DNA of 64,000 nt from Faecalibacillus sp. GTDB lineage: Bacteria; Bacillota_I; Bacilli_A; RFN20; CAG-826. The stretch is from assembly GCA_963588175.1 (NCBI GenBank), contig CAVAGP010000003.1, forward strand, positions 34,871 to 98,870, given 5' to 3'. A program made the position numbers and the translations under genes. Of the stretch, positions 58,571 through 64,000 are shown piece by piece (within the stretch, counting starts at the first letter, position 1; every line of letters starts with the position of its first letter). Below the pieces are notes generated by a model that was not told the DNA's origin, searched no databases, and saw only the letters and a program-made list of their open reading frames with translations.

Positions 58571-60070
58571 ATGAGCAATATCCGAGCATTTGAATTAAAA
58601 GATTTTGAGGAAGCGTCACGCATCATTAAAGATGACATGCACTTCGACACATATTTGAAAGACGATGAGATTGTTGATGCTTTCTGCCACGTGAACTTGG
58701 CTAATAGACTTAAGGAAGCAACCGAAGCGTATTCCTATATCCTAAATGGAAAACTTGTCGGTTTCTTAATCACTAAGCACGTGAATGGAAAACTGATGTA
58801 TTCAGCCACAGAGGTTGATGAATTATCAAAGCCATATTTCATTAAATTAGGGCAGCACCTATTAACGCCATTCATCGAGAAATACCAAAACCACATAAAG
58901 GAGTTGAAGAAATACCTGCCAGAGGGTCAAAAAGGCGAAATAATCCTTTTTGCCATCGATAAAAACTTCAAAAGACAGGGCTTTGGCACAGATTTATTAA
59001 GAGAATTATCAAAAAATCATAGATTGGAAAGATATTACGTAATTACGGATAGCGACTGCAATTATCAATTCTATGAAAAACACCACTTCGAATTATGCGC
59101 CCAAGGCGATATCGATTTAGGAACGGAAGTGGCGCCTAAACACCTTGTCACATTCATATATTCAAGAACGCTTTTCTATAGCGATAAGCCGCTTGAGGAT
59201 GACTACCTTGTTCGTGCTAATGCGAATGAGCAAATACTTGCCTGGGCAATCTCTTCAAGAAACCTGGTCGATCACGCTAGAGAAATCCATAACCTCTCCC
59301 CTATCTGCACTGCCGCTTTAGGACGTTCAATGTCAGCAGCCCTTATGATGGGCAACAATCTCAAGAATGAGAATGACACCATCACATTGCAATTCAATGG
59401 CGACGGCCCAATGAGAGGATTAGTCGTGACCGCCAATAACAAAGGCGAGGTTAAGGGTTATGCCAAAGCAACCGATATAATTCTCCCGCCAAATGCCGCC
59501 CAACACTTAAATGTTGGAGGGGCTATAGGAAACGGAACTCTAACGGTTATCAGAGATTACGGATTGAAAGACCCGTATGTATCAACAGTTGCACTGCAAA
59601 CTGGAGAAATTGCTGAAGACTTGGCCTTCTATTTCGCTTCGAGCGAGCAAACCCCATCAGTTGTTGCCTTAGGCGTATTGATGAAGAAAGACGCAACCGT
59701 TGATAAGGCCGGCGGAATAATCCTTCAGCTGATGCCGAATTGCCCAGAAGAGAGCATTTCCAAACTCGAGAGAAACCTCAAGAAAATGTATGCCTTAACG
59801 GATTTGTTAAAGGAAGGCATGTCACCTGAGGATATGCTGGATTTCGTACTTGAGGGATTTGATGTGAAAATCACCGAAAAGAAACCGGTTAAATTCCAAT
59901 GCAATTGCAGTAAAGAGAGAACCGAAAGAGTCCTCATCTCTATAGGCAAGAAAGAACTCCAAAAACTTAAAGACGAAGACCGTGGGGTGACACTTAACTG
60001 TCAGTTCTGCAACTCCGCTTATCACTTTACGGAAGAAGAATTGGCAAATTTGATTGACTCGATGGAATAA
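58571..60070 (+). CDS. hslO: Fusion protein: N-terminal GNAT acetyltransferase-like domain + Hsp33 redox-regulated chaperone
   Basis: GNAT motif A (FAIDKNFKRQGFGTDLLREL) at around aa 125-150. The Hsp33 body follows from around aa 205, with the C-terminal zinc centre CNCSKERTE...CQFCNSAY. Confidence 0.8.
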   Translation: MSNIRAFELKDFEEASRIIKDDMHFDTYLKDDEIVDAFCHVNLANRLKEATEAYSYILNGKLVGFLITKHVNGKLMYSATEVDELSKPYFIKLGQHLLTPFIEKYQNHIKELKKYLPEGQKGEIILFAIDKNFKRQGFGTDLLRELSKNHRLERYYVITDSDCNYQFYEKHHFELCAQGDIDLGTEVAPKHLVTFIYSRTLFYSDKPLEDDYLVRANANEQILAWAISSRNLVDHAREIHNLSPICTAALGRSMSAALMMGNNLKNENDTITLQFNGDGPMRGLVVTANNKGEVKGYAKATDIILPPNAAQHLNVGGAIGNGTLTVIRDYGLKDPYVSTVALQTGEIAEDLAFYFASSEQTPSVVALGVLMKKDATVDKAGGIILQLMPNCPEESISKLERNLKKMYALTDLLKEGMSPEDMLDFVLEGFDVKITEKKPVKFQCNCSKERTERVLISIGKKELQKLKDEDRGVTLNCQFCNSAYHFTEEELANLIDSME

Positions 60071-60108
60071 AAAAGGCGCAAATCGCGCCTTTTATTGTCG
60101 TTCAAATA

Positions 60109-60768
60109 TCAGAATATATCGCTAGGAATGTATTTTGGATCCTCACAAGTTAATCCAAGTGAGTCTTCAAACGACTTATAAGTTGGATATTCAACCGATC
60201 CAGTTCCAGAAAACTCAACAGAGCGGACATATTGGCCACCTTCTGCGAAACCCATTGCAAGCGAGACGGCAAACGGAGTGAAAGTCCCATCACTTACAGT
60301 TAGATTGTAGGAATACGAGATGCCATACACTACCGATCCCGATGTATTCATGGCGTGGCAAACCGTTCCAAAATACAAGTTCTCAGTTAGGTTTGCCCAA
60401 TATCCCCAGTACGTTGTCCAATATGGCTCCGTTCCATCTGGGTGGTAGTATTGTCGGATGGTAACCAACCCATCATCATACAGATTAATCATTACGTCAT
60501 ATAGTCTTCCGGATAATTCAGCGTTCATTTTTATAAACTGATACCACACCTCCTTATTAGAGACGTCTTCTGCGCAATATTCTGTGTAAGATTTATCCTG
60601 CCAAACCAAGTAATCAACACTTGGGGTTTTGAATGTTGCATCCGCGGTTTGCTGAGAATTATCGCCGTTAACTTGATTGTGGCCTCCAATGACGATATTA
60701 GGGATTTCACATGATGCCAAGAGGGCAAGAGACGCCCCAGCAATAAGTAACTTTTTAATGTTTTTCAT
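60109..60768 (-). CDS. Lipoprotein of unknown function, Tyr/Trp-rich
   Basis: Signal peptide plus lipobox LLASC, and a GAGG Shine-Dalgarno. Confidence 0.5.
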   Translation of the reverse strand: MKNIKKLLIAGASLALLASCEIPNIVIGGHNQVNGDNSQQTADATFKTPSVDYLVWQDKSYTEYCAEDVSNKEVWYQFIKMNAELSGRLYDVMINLYDDGLVTIRQYYHPDGTEPYWTTYWGYWANLTENLYFGTVCHAMNTSGSVVYGISYSYNLTVSDGTFTPFAVSLAMGFAEGGQYVRSVEFSGTGSVEYPTYKSFEDSLGLTCEDPKYIPSDIF

Positions 60769-60784
60769 ATGCTATACCTCCAAA

Positions 60785-61174
60785 TCAATCTCTCTTCTTG
60801 AGAACAAGAACAACATCCAATGCCACTGCTGCAACAGCAAAGGCAAGGCCGGTTAATAAATAAATTGATAGACCAATCCCTGTGATGTCCCCTGAGAAGA
60901 AGAAAGCCAAGTAAGAAACTCTTCCTCCAATCATTGCGAATAGGGAGATGACTGCTAATGCAAATGAAAGGAATGAGACGATATGCCACTTATCAAAGAC
61001 GAGAAGAATCGCTTCAGCAACAAAGGACAATGCAATGAATACTAGAACAAGCGGGACATTCTCGCTTGATTCAAAAGAGACGCACGACAAGAAATAGAAT
61101 GAGATGAATTCCAAGACGCTCACAACCATTGCCACGATAGTCAAAGGCATGGTTTTCTTTGAAATCTTAAACAT
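60785..61174 (-). CDS. Small membrane protein (129 aa), unknown function
   Basis: Start placed at ATG 61174, which has an AAAGGAGG Shine-Dalgarno 9 nt upstream. Four hydrophobic helices. Starts 1 nt after the upstream GH3-like gene stop. Confidence 0.45.
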   Translation of the reverse strand: MFKISKKTMPLTIVAMVVSVLEFISFYFLSCVSFESSENVPLVLVFIALSFVAEAILLVFDKWHIVSFLSFALAVISLFAMIGGRVSYLAFFFSGDITGIGLSIYLLTGLAFAVAAVALDVVLVLKKRD

Positions 61175-61175
61175 T

Positions 61176-64000
61176 TTATGCGGCCTCCTTTTCATCGTGT
61201 CTTTCCGATAGCACATACATGGATAATGCGCCAACAGCCGCTACCGACATAACAACGTCTAATGAGATTAGAAGAGGGCTCCACCATGGGGTCACAAAGA
61301 CAATCTTTGAGTTTTCATCAATGCCATTTACTGCATTTGTGTGAATGAAGCAATAGAAGATGCGATGGCACGCTTCTCTAGCGGCATATAGCAATGTTGG
61401 ATCGGACTTCAGACCCGCAATATTCAGCGAGGTAGATACCGTTGTCCCACTTTCTGAATTGAATGAACCATTATTTAATTCAACGGATAATCCCGCAGCA
61501 ATTGCAGCGTTTCCATCATATAAGCCAGCCGTTGGAGAGTTCATATCCGAGATAATGTAGGCCTGTGAACCCCATTCCTCGCGCAAAATCCCCGTCAAAA
61601 GGTCATATTCTTCGTTTGTACCAATAAGGCCGATACGATTGTATGAGCTCATAAGCCCTTTCATCTCACCGGTTGTGCACGGCTCCTCAAATGCTCTAAG
61701 ATAAACCTCTCTTAAAGCTTGTTCATTGGAAAAGGTTGCAATGCCGATTCTATTCTGATCCTGCTCGTTAAAAGCAAAGTGTTTAGCAACCAGAGCAACA
61801 CCTTTTTCGTTACATCCTTTTGACATCTCGATGCCAATCAAAGCAGTCAATGTTGCATCTGCACTCATGTATTCGGAAGTTCTTCCGCAATACGGAGTAC
61901 GATGAATGTTGGATCCAAATGACCAAGCCGATGCGGTGTTGGTGTATAAGCCATCTTCACCAAACATCTCACCTTTTTGTCTAGCGAGGTCTTTGTTGAA
62001 TGTCGCCGCAATAACTGAACTCGATTCATAACAAGATGCATCCATCTTAGATGCCGATAAGCTAACTCCAGCAATTTCATCTTTAATTACATCTTTGGAA
62101 GTAAGAGCAGTTTTCTCTCCAGTTGTTGGATTTATCTTCGAATAGACGAAATCGGAGCGGATTCCTGTAGGACCATCACTGCTGATAGAACTCGGGAAAA
62201 CGACAGATGGACACGCTTCGATATGACAGTTGCCTTCAGAAATAAGATTTGAAATCTCATAGATGGAAAGATTGTCTAAGATATCCTTCCAACCCTCATC
62301 ATCATAGGCTTTGCCTCTCATCGTAATAACGTTTTTGGTTTCGAGTTTCCCTGATTTGATGGCTGCGTTAACCTCATCAGAAGTCTTGTAATCCTGATAT
62401 GTTACCTCAGTTGCAGGCGCCCTCTTCTTCGTGTCATTGTATGAGGCATTCTCATATTTCTTTGTATCATTGATGCAATCAATCAAATTCTGAGTGCCTG
62501 TCATATTGATTGTTGAAGGGTAAGTTAGTAACCAGTTGTTTCTAGAAAGATAGGTGTATTTTGTTGTTGACCAATAGTTGACATCGGCGTCATCGAATCT
62601 ATTCGTGATGTCGGCGTTCGTATACTTTGACTTCGCGAATGTTGTGGAATCAAACGTGTCTTCATGCCACTTGTAAGTTAAGTTTGCATCACCATTTTGA
62701 TTCATGCCATCCGCAACGGTTTTGCCTTTGCTTGCAAGAATGTTGTTTAAGGCTTCATGCGCACTTCCACCCACTGATAGATAATAATCGCCGTCATCGA
62801 ATATGTAGGTCTTTGCCTTCGTGTAGTCATAAGAGGCAAAGTAATCAAGATTGATGTTAGCGGTTAAGGTCTCTGATGCGCCTATAGCAAGTTCTTTGGT
62901 TTTCTCGAATCCAAGCAGCTGAACCGAGGATTTTTCAACCTTGTTTGCCTTATCGTATTCAGTGTAAGGAGACTGACCATAAATCTGGACGACTTCTTTG
63001 CCGGCAAAGTTACCTGTATTCGTGACTTTGACATCGATTGAGATAGAACGATCGGCTTTATCGATCTTTGGCGTGCCAACAATCTCTTTTGAGAATGTTG
63101 TGTATGAGAGTCCGTAACCAAATGGGAAAAGAACCTCATTTGACCACTTCCACTCAGTTTGGCTCATCTCAGCACCTTTGCTGGATGTGGCTAAGCCTTG
63201 GTTCAAAACGCAGTCTTCATAACGTGTTTCGTAATATCTATAGTCAACATAGATGCCTTCTTGATAGACAACGTATTTGCTTGCCTGAGACGCCATTAAT
63301 TTATTCTGATTGGTATAGCGGAAATCGCCGAAGTTCTGCATAGCAGGTGAGGAATTGTATGATGCCGCATAAGTGTCGACCAATTTGCCGGAAGGAGAGG
63401 CTTTTCCAGCGATAACGTCTGCGAATCCATATAATCCGCGCATTCCGGCGTTTCCAAGCCTCACGATGGCGGAAATCCTGTCATTATTCACATATTCCGT
63501 AAGATTTGGGTAGAAATCCCCGGAAATGAAGATGATGACTTTCTTTGCATCGGTTATAGCGGTATCAATAAGGTCTTTCTCATCAAACGTGAGGTCAAGT
63601 TCCCCAATGGTCATATCACTTCCTTCTTGCCAATTCCTGCCAATTACGACGATTGTGGCATCGGACTCTGACATCTTTGATCTCTTCTTATTGGCATTAA
63701 GGCCAACGGAATTAAGCGCATCAACGATATCGGTTTCATTGTTTCTTATCTCTTCGGAATCAAACGTTCCACCACCGACCTTAGCCTCATACATCACTTC
63801 TTTGGAATTGAGGACGGTGACAGAGGAGGATTCCTTTAACGGCAAGATGCCATCATTTTTAAGAAGGACGGTTCCTTCTTGTCCGATGTTTCTCATAAGT
63901 TTTACCTTAGCGTTGAACATCTCATCTAAGTTGTTGTAACTAGACGTATAGTGAACGGCGTCTTTGCTAGAACCAGTGACTTTGCTGGATTTGATTCCCA
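61176..64000 (-). CDS. Large GH3-like glycoside hydrolase (partial; the N-terminus lies beyond the window end) with a C-terminal TM anchor
   Basis: The reading frame is open to 64000 (in-frame codons upstream of the first Met). A GH3 C-domain / FnIII-like segment (EGTVLLKN...GYGLSYTTF) precedes a GH3 catalytic-like segment (GRTSEYMSADATL...KHFAFNEQD), i.e. the reverse of the usual order. It ends with a hydrophobic anchor. Confidence 0.55.
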   Translation of the reverse strand, partial: GIKSSKVTGSSKDAVHYTSSYNNLDEMFNAKVKLMRNIGQEGTVLLKNDGILPLKESSSVTVLNSKEVMYEAKVGGGTFDSEEIRNNETDIVDALNSVGLNANKKRSKMSESDATIVVIGRNWQEGSDMTIGELDLTFDEKDLIDTAITDAKKVIIFISGDFYPNLTEYVNNDRISAIVRLGNAGMRGLYGFADVIAGKASPSGKLVDTYAASYNSSPAMQNFGDFRYTNQNKLMASQASKYVVYQEGIYVDYRYYETRYEDCVLNQGLATSSKGAEMSQTEWKWSNEVLFPFGYGLSYTTFSKEIVGTPKIDKADRSISIDVKVTNTGNFAGKEVVQIYGQSPYTEYDKANKVEKSSVQLLGFEKTKELAIGASETLTANINLDYFASYDYTKAKTYIFDDGDYYLSVGGSAHEALNNILASKGKTVADGMNQNGDANLTYKWHEDTFDSTTFAKSKYTNADITNRFDDADVNYWSTTKYTYLSRNNWLLTYPSTINMTGTQNLIDCINDTKKYENASYNDTKKRAPATEVTYQDYKTSDEVNAAIKSGKLETKNVITMRGKAYDDEGWKDILDNLSIYEISNLISEGNCHIEACPSVVFPSSISSDGPTGIRSDFVYSKINPTTGEKTALTSKDVIKDEIAGVSLSASKMDASCYESSSVIAATFNKDLARQKGEMFGEDGLYTNTASAWSFGSNIHRTPYCGRTSEYMSADATLTALIGIEMSKGCNEKGVALVAKHFAFNEQDQNRIGIATFSNEQALREVYLRAFEEPCTTGEMKGLMSSYNRIGLIGTNEEYDLLTGILREEWGSQAYIISDMNSPTAGLYDGNAAIAAGLSVELNNGSFNSESGTTVSTSLNIAGLKSDPTLLYAAREACHRIFYCFIHTNAVNGIDENSKIVFVTPWWSPLLISLDVVMSVAAVGALSMYVLSERHDEKEAA

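Overview
Overall: a 64-kb chromosomal window from a low-GC Gram-positive, probably Mollicutes-related, bacterium. It has two parts. The first (1-32.8 kb) is housekeeping. It contains the ribosomal-protein cluster rpsJ...rplO-secY (S10/spc order) on the minus strand, the queuosine operon tgt-queA-queH, and sdaA. It also contains a small cluster of two paralogous P-loop kinases around a flavoprotein, and an NAD synthetase carrying an N-terminal Phd/YefM-like domain. A PTP-NUDIX fusion, mscL, the hpt/upp/uracil-permease salvage genes, MFS and CDF transporters, ruvX and folA-thyA complete this part. The second part (32.8-58.4 kb) is a complete pectin/galacturonate utilisation locus. It encodes GH105, GH4, GH28, a CE12 acetylesterase, a CE8 pectinesterase, UxaC/UxaB/UxaA, KduI/KduD and KdgK. 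It also encodes a GntR(FadR)-type regulator, a MATE pump and an LplABC-like ABC importer. Beyond that lie a GNAT-Hsp33 fusion, a lipoprotein and a partial GH3-like gene. Lineage: the standard genetic code is in use (TGA serves as stop; Trp is TGG). No rpmD (L30) gene lies between rpsE and rplO, and several r-proteins carry low-complexity extensions. No rRNA, tRNA, CRISPR, transposase or integrase genes were seen. Most unusual features: (1) a tightly coupled, duplicated module of small polytopic membrane proteins plus two MalK-family ATPases in the pectin locus, with no canonical permease domains beside the ATPases. (2) A 16-bp palindromic operator, TTGTTGTATACAACAA, repeated in the divergent promoter regions of the pectin locus. 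(3) Three apparent domain fusions: Phd/YefM-NadE, PTP-NUDIX and GNAT-Hsp33. (4) A candidate structured sRNA or MITE-like element in the uraA/MFS intergenic gap. (5) A leader-peptide/terminator attenuator upstream of the uracil permease. All calls rest on reading the six-frame translations and the raw sequence; no database searches were run.
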